Shown here one piece after another: positions 37,068 through 48,225 of a stretch of DNA of 64,000 bases; position 1 is the first letter of the stretch, and every line of letters begins with the position of its first letter. A program made the position numbers and the translations under genes. This DNA comes from Protoeuglena noctilucae (lineage: Eukaryota): contig OY253673.1 in NCBI GenBank assembly GCA_958009085.1, positions 1,240,001 through 1,304,000 on the forward strand, read 5' to 3'. The notes beneath the pieces were generated by a model. The model saw only the letters and a list, made by a program, of their open reading frames with translations. It was not told the DNA's origin and ran no database searches.

Positions 37068-39456
37068 CTACTGCTGCTGCTGAATTTGCTGCTGCTGCTG
37101 TTGCTGCTGCTGCTGCAGCGGCGCATACTTCCTCAGCAGCTCCTGCAGGTGCATGGTCTGGTGATCCACGACCAGGTTGATGTTCCCGCGGCTGCGCTCG
37201 AACGCCTGTAAGGCCGCCTGGGCCTCCTGCAGCGCCTTGGCCTGCACTTGCACCGCGCGCGTCAGTGTGCCGCAGGTCTCCTGCAACACGACGTGGTTCC
37301 GGGCCAGGCACGCCAGCTGCGTGTGGCTGTGCGCCAGGGCCGCTCTCTCCGCCAGAAGCTGGCTGCGCAGCTCGTGCACCGTGTAGACCAGGGCAGCGAT
37401 GCTCGGGTCGTATCCCTGGAGCTCCCGCGCCACCCACTGCGCCACAGACTCCGCGGGCATGCCAGGGTTGGAGCCCGGGCGAACGCCCCCCGGCCAAACG
37501 CCACCCTGCACCGCTGGCCCAGATGCAGGCGCCCCACCCACCGCTTGCCCAGATGCAGGCGCCCCACCCTGCACCGCCGGCCCAGATGCAGGCGCCCTAC
37601 CCTGCGCCATTTGCCCAGTTGCAGGTGCCCCACCCACCGCTTGCCCAGATGCAGCCGCCCCACCCTGCGCCATTTGCCCAGGTGCAGCCACCTTGATCCG
37701 CTCCACCAGCCCAGCTCCCGCCACCCCGTGCCCACGCACTCTCTCAGCCTCTGCCCACCGTTCCATCTCCTGGCCTGCATTCGCACCAGTGCCCTTCGCT
37801 CCTGCTCCCGCCACCGTCTCCGTTGCCAGCCCAGCCGGGGTGGCACGTTCGCCGCTCCCCTCGCCCCCGCCCCTCATCCCACTCCCGCCCCCCTGCCCCA
37901 CGCCCGCAGCAGTCCCAGCCACAGAGGCCGACGGCTGCCCCGCCACAGCATGCCGCTCCACCCCGGCATGCCCCGCCCCAGCATGCCGCTCCACCCCAGC
38001 ATGCTGCCCGGCCCCGGGCGCTTCGGCATGAGTCGCAGGTGCGGCCTTATGGGCACCGGCAGACACCTCGTTGCCTCCAGATGCGCGGGGCCGCTTGGCG
38101 GGCCTCTCCACGTCGTCGCAGGCCGCGAGAGAATCAGTGCCCTGAGAGCTGCCGGACCCCCGCTCCTCCTCCCCCGTTTCCGTCGATGTCTCGGATGTCA
38201 AGTCCGCATCCGTGATGCCCTGGGACAGCCGAGCGGCCTCGGCCCGGCGCGCCAGCCGCGCCTTCGCCCGTGCCCCTTCCACGCGATTCGGGCTGGGCCC
38301 AAAGGACACCCTGGTCTGACTGGGTGGCTGGGACAGCGGCTGCGACAGCGGCTGGGACACCGCCGCCGCGTGGGGGCGGGCGCTGGGCCCAGGCGTGAGC
38401 GACACCCCAGCGCTCCCTTGAGCCTCGCGGCCAGGAGGGAGGGATGCGTCGTGCCCAGGCACGGGGACGACTTGCGAGCGATGGCCGCCGTTGCCAACCG
38501 CACCCGGTGGCACGTCAGGCGTAACGGCTTTGCTGGGCGAGAGCTTTCTCCGTGCTTCGAGAGTGGGGGCGTCTCGAGCTCTCGGGGGCAGCGAGAAGGT
38601 AGGAGGGGACACCTTGTGCACCCTGCCCTGCACGAGAGGCGCGGAGAGGAGCGATGCGAGCGAATGGTCTGGGTGGCAGCGTGGGCACAGCGGCACCACG
38701 CATGTACATTTGCGCCAGCCCCGCGCCCTTTGGCCACGCTCACCACTCCATGCCTCGCCATGGGCGCACCCGCGCCCGCTGCAGCCCCGACCCCCGCTGC
38801 CGTCACGGCCGGTTGCAGCCCAGGTGCGACCGGCGGAACGTGAGCCTGGACGTGCTCCTGGCCACCCGACCAACCGCTGTGGGCCGGGCGCGCGACCACC
38901 AAGCGGTGGTAGAGCCGGCACATGTCCAGGTGCCCCTCGTCCGTCTGCATCCATGCCAGCGCGACCGGCTGCTGGGCTTCAGGCACGCTGCAGTACACGC
39001 GGTACTCAAATTCGCGGAACGCCAGGAAGGACGCGTCGCTGAGACCGCTCGTGGCTTTCTCGGCCGCAAACGTGAAATTGTACGGTTCCCTCTCGTCAAG
39101 GTCCGTGTCCTGCAAGCAGGGCTTCGCCTTGACCCAGCGCGGCAACACGTGCTGCTCGTGGCGCTGGATGACGATCTTGATGTGCCGCTGCTCCTGGGGC
39201 GTCAGGCTCCTCGGCTTCACGCCGAGCAAGGCGCACGCGCCCTGTGTGCGAGGGGCGAGGAGTGTCCCTTCTGTGGCCCTCATGGCGACCTTGCGCAGGT
39301 CGGGACGACGGGCAGGACGAGAAGACGGGCATCATCCTCGCGCGCGGCCTCGACACGTCGCGTACGCACCTCTAGTGTCGGCTCGTGGGTCGACTGGAGC
39401 AGCACAGGCACCGTACGAAGCAAATTCGCGACGAGAGAGCCCTTGGTAGTTGTCAT
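37068..39456 (-). CDS. Hypothetical protein with low-complexity repeats, coiled coil and C-terminal polyQ
   Basis: Three exons (MTTTKGSLV...PTLE|VAMRATEG...ARHGV|GRVHKV...QQQQ*) with GT-AG introns, and a basic patch RPAKRPR that may be an NLS. Confidence 0.6.
37500..37695 (-). repeat. Coding minisatellite (30/33-nt units, GGAPASG(Q/P)AV)
   Basis: About 6 copies of gcccagatgcaggcgccccaccc-like units. A CAG microsatellite also lies at 37071-37118. Confidence 0.85.
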
Positions 39457-40065
39457 GGCGAGCGCGCTGGTACGCGGCGCTAAACGCCCGCTTTGCAAGT
39501 CCACCTCGTTGACAATCTATCTCCGAGTTACTGCGAGCGATGCGATACGTCAGTCGAGCCCTGGCGGCCTCAGCACGCGCCCAGCACAGTGCGCGAGCAC
39601 AGTGCGCGACTGCCGTGCCGCGTCTCCATCAGCTGTCCTCACGTGCGACTGCGCAGAATGCTGAATCTCCAACAGCGATGACCGCGGGCGGCTTGGCCCG
39701 TCTCGCTTCCAGACCAGCGCACGGTGAGCGCGCAGAATGCGTTTGCAGGGGCTGTCGGCGTCCGTCGTCAAGCGGGGCAGCTGCGCGCGACTAAAGTGCC
39801 TGCTGTTATGCACGCTTTCGCGATCCCTGGATGAAATGAGGGGGGCTGTGCGGGGAGTACCCTCCCTTGCTTGCATGTCTCGATACCTACAGGCCTAGGA
39901 GCCAACAGAGGCCGGCTGCGGCGGCAGGGAGATCAGAAGAGAGCCTCAGTGATGAAAGCAAAGCATACATGGCACATGTATGCTTCAACGGAAAGCCTGC
40001 GGCCTCTCTGCGTGGACATCAGCAGCGCCAAGTGCGTGACACACGACCCCCACATGCAACCCTTC

Positions 40066-41411
40066 CTAGTCCACACGTGGGCGCTTGGCGGGCCCCGCGC
40101 CCTCCGGCCAGAGCCCCCGATCCGGCCCATCCCCCACGGGCGGGACGTTCTGCTGCGCTCCCTCCGCAACCCGCTCGGCCTTGCCGCTGCGAGCTTGGGC
40201 GGCGCTGTCGACCCGATTCGGGTTCCGCTCCGTCAGCGCCGCGTGCGGGCGGACGCTCCTGGCACCCGCCACACCCCCCGGCTCCGCAGTTGCGTCCACC
40301 TCATCCTCTAACACCTCCAAAACCCGTCCTCCCTCGGGCCCCTGTCGGGCGTCCATGTCGCCTCCGCTTGCCGCCTCTTGTGCCTTCTCTCCCCCGATGC
40401 GGTCGCTCGTTCCCTCCGTCGCAGCCGCCCTGGCGCCAACGCGGGGGGGCAGCGCAAACAGCGCCGGCCTCTGGCGCGGCACGCCGAAGGGCAGCCGAGG
40501 CGGCGCCTCCTTGGCTGCGACCCCGTCCGCGGCCCCCGATGCCTTCCCGCCACCGCGCCCTGTATGCGCCACGCGGTCAGAATGGGCGGGAGACGTGCGC
40601 GAGAGACTCGACGAGCGCCGCACCTCGTCATGGGAGCGTGCAGGGGAGCGTGCACCCTCACCTTTGCCCTTGCCCCGCTTGCCCTTCACGCTCCTCGCGA
40701 CCCTCGTCGCCGGGTCCGCCGGGTCCGGCAGCGGCGGCCACCCAAGCGGCCCGAACAGCAGCGGCACCACCACGTCCCGGCTGCACACACTCAGAAACAC
40801 GCTCGTTGTTGGGTCCAAGCTGGCTGCGCGTACCGCGGCATCCGGCTTGCTTGCCTCCGCTGGCTCCCCGCCCCGCGGCACCTGAACGTCTTGGACATGT
40901 TGTGCTTCAGGTGAAACTCCTCGGACAGCTCCGCCCCTCGCTCGTCCCTTAAAGCCTCGGCCCTCGCGTGCAGGGTGCGCATGGCCTCCTCATGGTTCAG
41001 CCCTGCGACACGCGGACACGCGGACACGCGGAGGTGAGCTCCGCTGCGGTGGGCCTCGAAGCACGCTCGTCCGCTGCCCTGCTGGAGGTCCGCTCCGCGG
41101 CACGGCCGGAGCACGTCCTCTCTCTGCCACTCACCTAGCTGCTTCGTGTACTCCCGAGAGATAGCGATTGTGCGGCGAGCCTCGAAGCCTCCTGGTGTGA
41201 CAAATATGGTTTCAAATCTCGACCCATCCGGGGGGCCCTTGGGCGTCTTGGCGCCCTTGTAGATCTTCCCGACCTTCATGCTGAACGCAGGCTCCGGGAC
41301 CGCATCGTCCTCCTCGTCGTCCGGGCCTCCTGTCGCGTCGCGGGGTGCGGCCCGGTCCTCAGCGGGCTCCGGCCGGTCAGCCTCGCCGCTGTCACGGTCC
41401 CCACCGTCCAT
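40066..41411 (-). CDS. Hypothetical, probably nuclear, protein
   Basis: Exons MDGGDRDS...REYTKQL|GLNHEEAMR... and SLDPTTSVFLSVCSRDVVVPLLFG...PAKRPRVD*. One junction near 40840-40885 is unresolved. Confidence 0.5.
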
Positions 41412-42175
41412 GACACGCCTCAGCGCTAGCACTGCTCCCCCTCGGTCAAACAACGCCAGCTATGTTGCACGACGCGACCCTCGGGCTGCTCGAAGCGAAG
41501 GCCTCAAACCCGTTGCGGCAATCGCACCAATGCGGCCAGAAATGCGGACTGCGACAGGGACATTGGGGCGACGGCGACGGCGAGGGGCAAACATGGTTCA
41601 CGCGGCGGCGCGTCAGAGGCCTGCGCTATTTTGAACCTGGCGCCGTGGCACATCACCCCGACACTTTTGAGCTTTTCCCGACCATCGATACGAGCGCTGC
41701 AGAGGCTTTTTATCCACCGGTTCGGCGGCCCCGAAGTTATCCACAGGTGAGCGCCGGCCGGGCAGGCGTCTGCAGCTCCCAGTTTATCATGCTGAGACTT
41801 TAGTACCGGGATTCGACTCGGGCGTCCTTCGTTTCTCCCCCTCGCTGAAAAGGGTGGCTGGGACGAGCCCAACGGGCTTGCCGCCCCGATGAGGGAGATC
41901 TGGATGCCTCTCCCGCGAAAGAGATTGCTTGTCCTGCGACTCCTCGCCTGCCCCATCCGCGCGGCTCTGGGCATCGATGTGATTGGGCAGGGAGCGCGTG
42001 CAGACCCCAGGACTGCATCGCGGGCTCTGGCGGGGATCCCGACCCTGCCGGGCGGCCTGTTATTGACTGTTCTTTCCATCGCGCTGGCACACTTCCCTGC
42101 CCCTGCTGCCGACCGGCCCCAAAGCCGCCCAGCATTGCACTGGACGCTGTGCCGCGGCCGCCCGCAGACGTCGCG

Positions 42176-44092
42176 ATGGATCGTATGAACGAGGTGTTCC
42201 CTGAGGCGCTCAAGCGCCTGTCGGAGGCGGATCCCGAGGTCTTCGGCATCATCGAGGTGCGGGGGACAGGGTTTCGTCCGGTCCGCCCGGGGCGGGCGCC
42301 CGCGCACCCGCCCGCGATCGATCGGCGACCCCGTTCCCCGTCACGCCCGCGTACAGGATGAGAAGCGTCGGCAGGCGAGCGGGATTGAGCTGATTGCCTC
42401 GGAGAACTTCACGTCGCTGCCCGTCATGGAGGCGTTGGGGTCGTGCCTGACGAACAAGTACTCCGAGGGCCAGCCGGGGGCGCGCTACTACGGTGGCAAC
42501 GAGAACATCGACCGCGTCGAGCTCCTCTGCAAGTCCCGGGCGCTGGCGGCCTTCCGCCTCGACCCGGCGCGGTGGGGCGTGAACGTGCAGCCCTACTCGG
42601 GCTCCCCCGCCAACTTCGCCGTCTACACGGGCCTCCTCCAGCCGCACGACCGCGTCATGGGCCTCGACCTGCCGTCTGGGGGCCACCTGACCCATGGCTA
42701 CTACAACGCGTTTGGCAAGAAGATCTCCGCCACGAGCATCTACTTTGAGTCGCTGCCCTACAAGCTCAACATGCAGACGGGGACCCTCGACTACGACGCC
42801 CTGGAGCAGAAGGCGCTCGACTTCCGGCCCAAGATGATCATCTGCGGCGGCTCGGCCTACCCACGCGAGTGGGACTACAAGCGCTTCCGGGAGATCGCTG
42901 ACAAGGTCGGGGCCTTCCTGGTGTGCGACATGGCCCACATCTCGGGACTCGTGGCCGCGGAGGAGGCCGCGTCCCCCTTTGAGCACTGCGACGTGGTCAC
43001 CACCACCACGCACAAGTCGCTCCGGGGCCCGCGCGCCGGCATGATCTTCTACAGGTGAGGGCTGCCGTCACAGATCAGCGTGTGGCCCAACGGAGCCGAG
43101 ACGCCCGCAGCGACGCGCATGGGCCCTGCCGCCTCGCACCCGCTGCCGCCCTCTCCCACGCAGGAAGGGGCCCAAGCCGGCGTCGGCGCTGAAGAAGGGG
43201 GAGGCCGAGGGCACCGAGTACGACTACCAGGAGAGGATCGACTTCGCCGTCTTCCCGTCGCTCCAGGCGAGGGGCTCGCCGCGCCGGGGTAGGGGCGGTG
43301 GGGACCCGCGAGGGGGGCGCGCGGCCACGACAACATCAGCATGCTCCTCGTGCACCCGCAGGGCGGCCCGCACAACCACCAGATCGGGGCGCTGTGCGTC
43401 GCGCTCAAGTACGCGCAGACGCCGGAGTTCAAGCGGTACGCGCGCCAAGTGCGGGCCAACTCGGTCGCCCTTGCTGAGGCGCTCAAGGCAAGAATGGGGC
43501 AATGGGGTGGATGCAGACACGCGGCGCGGGCTTGCCGGATCGCGTCCGCATGCGCGCGCCGCGGGTGACGAGGAGCGACCCAGGGCTTGGCCGCAGGCGC
43601 GGGGGTACAAGCTGGTGACAGACGGGACGGACAACCACCTGATTTTGTGGGACCTGCGTCCCACGGGCATCACGGGCTCTAAGATGGAGCTGGCGTGCGA
43701 CCTGTGCCACATCACGCTGAACAAGAACGCCGTGTACGGCGACGCCTCCGCCATGACGCCCGGGGGCGTGCGCATCGGGACGCCCGCCATGACGTCCCGG
43801 GGGCTCAAGGAGGCTGACTGGGAGAAGATCGCCGAGTTCCTCGACCGGTGAGTGGCGCCTGGGATGCACTTACCCCGAGGGCCTGCCTCGTCGGCCTGTG
43901 CACGTCACCCATGTGGCCCCTGCTGTGCGTCGCAGGGCGCTCAAGGAGTGCCTCAGGGTGCAGGAGACGCACGGCAAGATGCTCAAGGAGTTCCGCGTGG
44001 GGCTGGAGTCCTCGGAGGAGATCCGGAAGCTGCGGGAGGACGTCATGGCCTGGTCGCAGGGGTTCCCCATGCCGGGCATCGCGGCGCTCTGA
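42176..44092 (+). CDS. SHMT: Serine hydroxymethyltransferase, cytosolic type
   Basis: [26 protein letters not shown], the PLP motif [30 protein letters not shown] and [14 protein letters not shown]. No transit peptide. Two GC-AG introns. Confidence 0.97.
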
Positions 44093-44543
44093 GCGGCGCT
44101 CCGTGCGAGGTGTCCGAGAGCGCTCTCGTTCGAATCGCGATTGAATGCGCTCCACGATGGCCAACGATGGTCCTTGTCATCACCTGGGGAGGTCACTGGC
44201 ACCCCGGCAGCCCCTTTTGCTGCTGCTGAACCCCCAGCCTCTCTTGAGACAAAACGGATGTTGCGATGCGGAGAGCCTTGCGGACGATGCTGTCGAGGAC
44301 CTGGGCGACGGAGCAGGTGGGGGCGGAGGACATTTGCAGCCGATTTGCAGCCGTCGCGCCGTCGATGTGCCCGTGGATGGCGCGAGCGACACCATGCGAG
44401 TTTTAGAGCGTCGGTGACGTGTCGATGTGGCCTCTGGAGGGCTCCGAGCGTCCCAACAACCACCCTTCCTTGCTGCCTCCCTTCCTCGCTCCCCGCCATT
44501 TGCGCGGGACGTCAGCTGACCCGGACCTCGCTCATGCCTGCAG

Positions 44544-45132
44544 CCCGGCACGCTGAGGGGCGGGCCCGCCCCGGTCGTGCCCACCCCAGTCGCCTCACGC
44601 GTAGCGGTGCTGCTCCGCGCCCAGCCCGAAAGGCAGTTCGGCAGGTGGACTGCGTGACAGCGCAGCTGGGCCTCTCACCGCTGCGTCACTGCCTCCCAGA
44701 CACCTCACATCCTGCCTCACGCCCCATTGCTGCCGCAGCGACGAGAAGCCCGTGTCGCAGCGCATCAAGCAGTCGGCCAAGCACGCCAAGGACGTCGTCT
44801 TCGACAAGGCGGAGGAGGCGATGGACGCTCTGCGCGGCAAGACGAAGGACGTCCGGGACGCCTCCAAGGAGGCGCTCGACAGCGCGCGTGAGCGGGCCCA
44901 CGACGCCACGGAGCGCACCAAGTCCGCCTTAAGCGAGGCGACCGAGTCTGCCAAAGGCGTCGCGAAGGACGCGGCGGGGTTAGCCGAGGCCAACTACGAG
45001 GGGGCCAAGGAGGGTGCGCAGGACCTGGCCATGGAGACGCGCGACAAGGCCACGCGCGTGAGCAAGAACGTCAAGGACAAGGTCAAGGAGGCGGCCAAGG
45101 CGCCGTCCGAGCGCGTCGAGGACGAGATGTGA
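44544..45132 (+). CDS. LEA (group 3/LEA_4-like) hydrophilic protein, copy 1 (5' exon unresolved)
   Basis: A/K/E/D/T-rich amphipathic 11-mer-like repeats (ATESAKGVAKD) after an intron at 44645-44738. The preceding exon reads ..SRVAVLLRAQPERQFG. Confidence 0.75.
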
Positions 45133-45426
45133 AGGGTTTCGGTAGAACCGGGGATAGAAGGGGTCCTAGGCCTGGCTGGAGCGGGGTCGCAGGGGTGTGC
45201 GCCGATTCATTGCCCCCCTCGGGCGCAGCCAGGGTCGTCTTGCCCGCCCTGCCTTTCCCGGCGCTTGAAGTGTGCGCGAGCCATCATTCAAACGCTGGCA
45301 GCAGCTGAATAGTCGCCAACGCGCTCGTCGTCAGACATAGGTCTAACCGGCGTCTGACGTCCGACAGGCTTTTCCAGCCCTTTCCCGCCTCGCCGTCGCC
45401 CAGAAGCATCGTATCGAGCCCCAACG

Positions 45427-46350
45427 ATGCGTGTTACGGCCTTCACAGCAGCTGTCAAGGTGCGTCGGCCCCGGCGCGCCTGCCCCGAGATGCCCGGCCT
45501 CGCTCACCGTCGATCCTGCTCAGACGCGTCATAGACGGCGCGCAGTACGCTCGTAGTTGCCGATTGTGTCCGCGGGAGTCGCGTCGCGGCGTCCTGAGCC
45601 GCGGGATGGCGCGGACGGGCCAGGGTGCCGTCCCAACGGTCGGGCGCCGGGAGCCGACGATCCAGGCCCTCGCGACGCCCGCAGGTCCCCGTTCTTCCCG
45701 TGAACAGGCGAAGGACGGTCATCATGGCGTCCGGCGGCGGTCAGGGCTCCGGGTGAGCGCGCCGCGGCGACCGGGGCCTCCAGCACTGCCTGGCCAGCCT
45801 CGGCCGGCGCCCGAGCCCCCGCCGGCGCGCCCCGGGCCTCGGAGTGCCTCGTGGGCTTTGATGGGCCGCCAAGGGCCCTCGACGAGCTTGTTTCGGCTCG
45901 CTCGAGCACGGTCGGGACTCGCACACCTCGCGCCCCCCTCCCGTCGCCCGCAGCCCCGAGCAGCACAAGTCGATGACGGAGCGTGCCTCCGAGGCCATGA
46001 AGCAGGCCAAGGACACGGTCGTTGGCAAGGCGGGGGACGCGGTGCACGCGGCGCAGGAGAAGGCGCAGCACGCGCGTGAGGCCGTGACCGGCAAGTCGTC
46101 CGAGATGGCCGAGGGAGCCAAGGAGCGCGCGCACGGTGCCAAGGAGGCCGTGGCGGGCAAAACGGAGGAGATGAAGGAGTCGGCCAAGGGCGCCACCGAG
46201 TCCGCCAAGGGCAAGGCCCAGGAGGCCACGGAGAGCGCCAAGGGCACTGCCCAGCATGCGACCGAGAGCGCGAAGGGCAAGGCTCACGAGACCCAGCAGG
46301 GCGCGCAGCACATGGGCCAGCAGGCGCATGAGAAGATGCGCGGGGAGTGA
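45427..46350 (+). CDS. LEA (group 3/LEA_4-like) protein, copy 2, with putative plastid transit peptide
   Basis: MRVTAFTAAVK|VPVLPVNRRRTVIMAS..|..AKDTVVGKAGDA, followed by 11-mer repeats ATESAKGKAQE / ATESAKGTAQH / ATESAKGKAHE. Confidence 0.85.
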
Positions 46351-46468
46351 GGCGTCGCCCTCGCCCGAGATGCCATGAGCGGGCACTGTGCGCCCATGCC
46401 AGCCGAGCACGCGCTGCGCCCTCCGTTGAACAAGCGGTGGGCTAATGCTTAGCTGCTAAGCGAGCGCG

Positions 46469-47979
46469 TCACGCTAGCACAGGCCCCGGCGCCGCGCCGG
46501 GCAGGTACCGTGCCCACGCCTCCACGACCTCCCGGTCTCCGTACCAGGCCTTGCCAGCCGCCCGGGCTGCCTGCGGGTAGGGCGTCGGGGCGCATGCCAG
46601 CAGGCGGAGGCTCTCCTGAGCTAGCTGGCTCGAGCGATGCTCGCCTGCGGGGTGTGCAGCACGCCGTTGAGCTGGGCCAGCTCGGCGCCCGGCACGCACG
46701 CGATGCTGACTGGGCACACGCCGTCTCCGTCGCACTCCCCCGTGCCACAGTTCGCGCGGTACGATGCGTGCCACAACCATCCGTCGTATGGCTGTCCACC
46801 ACGGAACCGCGTCAGCGCCTCGCTCAAAGCCAGAGGCTGGCCTCGGAAGGAGGTGCCAGCGACGCAGGTCATGCGGACGCGTGGGAAGCTCGCGGCGCTG
46901 GGGTAGAAGTGACTGGCAAATCGCACGCTGCGAGGGTGGAAGCGGCGCCTGAGTCGGGCGCAGCGCAGGGAACAGCGCAGCACAGCGCGCTCTCAGGCGC
47001 CAAGGCTCGCCTCGACCCCTGCACGTCCGCTGGCAGCGTGAGTGGCTCCATGGGCCGCCGCTCGGGCACCCTGCCGAAGGGGTACTGCTCGGTGGTGCCG
47101 TGCGGGGTGCCCAGCGTGACGAGCGACACGACGTGAGGGTCGGGCCCCGCTGCCACGCCGTAGGACCGTCCGGCGTAGGAAGCCGACCCCATCAAGATCC
47201 TGCAGCACCACGTGGGCGCAGGCGCTCTCGTGCATTCGGTCTGCTGTGCATGGTGCGCGTCATCTGCTGCTCCACTGCCCATGACAACCCAGGGCGTCTC
47301 ACCGGGCCAGCCAGCCGCCCGCCGAGTGCCCCACGAGCGCCAGGGGCCCACTGCTCGCCCTGGCCTGCAGCACGGTCTGGTAGGCGCGCTCCAGGTAAAA
47401 GGAGAAGTCGCCTCCCAGCAGCGTCCCCGCCCAGTCACGTGCCCGCAGGGGTACGACGTATACCTCGTGGCCCATGTCCTCCAGGTGGGCGGCCATGTCA
47501 TCGTAGAGATCGGCCCCGAACAGGAAGCCAGGCAGGATCACGCAGGGCGTCGGCCTCAAGGCCGCATGGGGGACGGAAGCAGAGTCGACAGATGAAGAAT
47601 CCCCCAGAGACTTGCCTCGCGGCAAGTGACGTTTCCGCTGAAGAAGTTGCCATCGCGCACCTCGGTCTTGCCGAAGCGAGGCGAGCCCTGGTGCTACATC
47701 CAAAGTGCGGCGGGGGAAGCAGCAGGGCGTCGCGGCGAGGCCGTCCATGAAGCCCGGGCTCTGCTGCACCCTTCTCGCGGCAGCTGCCGCCTGGGCACGA
47801 CCTGCTGGCGAGCTGGCGGATGAGCATTCCTTGGATCTGACGTGCGCAGGTGCCAGGATTGTCTTGTCCGCCCACAACCGCGATTCTCGGGGTCCACCAG
47901 CTGCCTTTCCCCCCTCCTGAGGATCCTGTCCTAGCGTCCCGAGGCCCGGGCTGGTCCAGCGCAGGCAGGTCCTCATCAT
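46469..47979 (-). CDS. PGAP1-like alpha/beta hydrolase (lipase/esterase)
   Basis: VILPGF, the nucleophile elbow LVGHSAGGWLAR, SLVTLGTPH, GDGVCPV (Asp), GVLHTP (His) and WYG. Confidence 0.88.
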
Positions 47980-48225
47980 GTACAGGTGCGGAGCGCATGC
48001 GTGGCGAGGGGACCGTTCCGAGCGCCATCCCGTGCGATGTAAACGCGTCCCGATCACTAGGGCCCTTCCGCACCCTCGGCGGCCTCCCGGCGCGGGAGCA
48101 GCACGCTGTCGGGACGCCGTGGGGACGCGGGGCGACTTGCCGGCATGCTCTGTGCCTCATTTTGCGCTTACATCGTGCGCGTGTCGGACCACCTTCGCGC
48201 GAAGCCCCTCCTGGGAGACGTATCG

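Noticed and set aside
37060..37120. TAG directly after a CAG run, suggesting TAR=Gln reassignment as in some ulvophytes
   Set aside because: No in-frame TAA or TAG was seen in conserved exons, and DPM1, eIF3a and AFG1 end at TAG where homologues are expected to end. The standard code fits.
44417..44423. ABRE-like ACGTGTC upstream of LEA copy 1
   Set aside because: It is a single 7-mer in GC-rich DNA and may lie within the unresolved first exon or intron, so it is unsupported.
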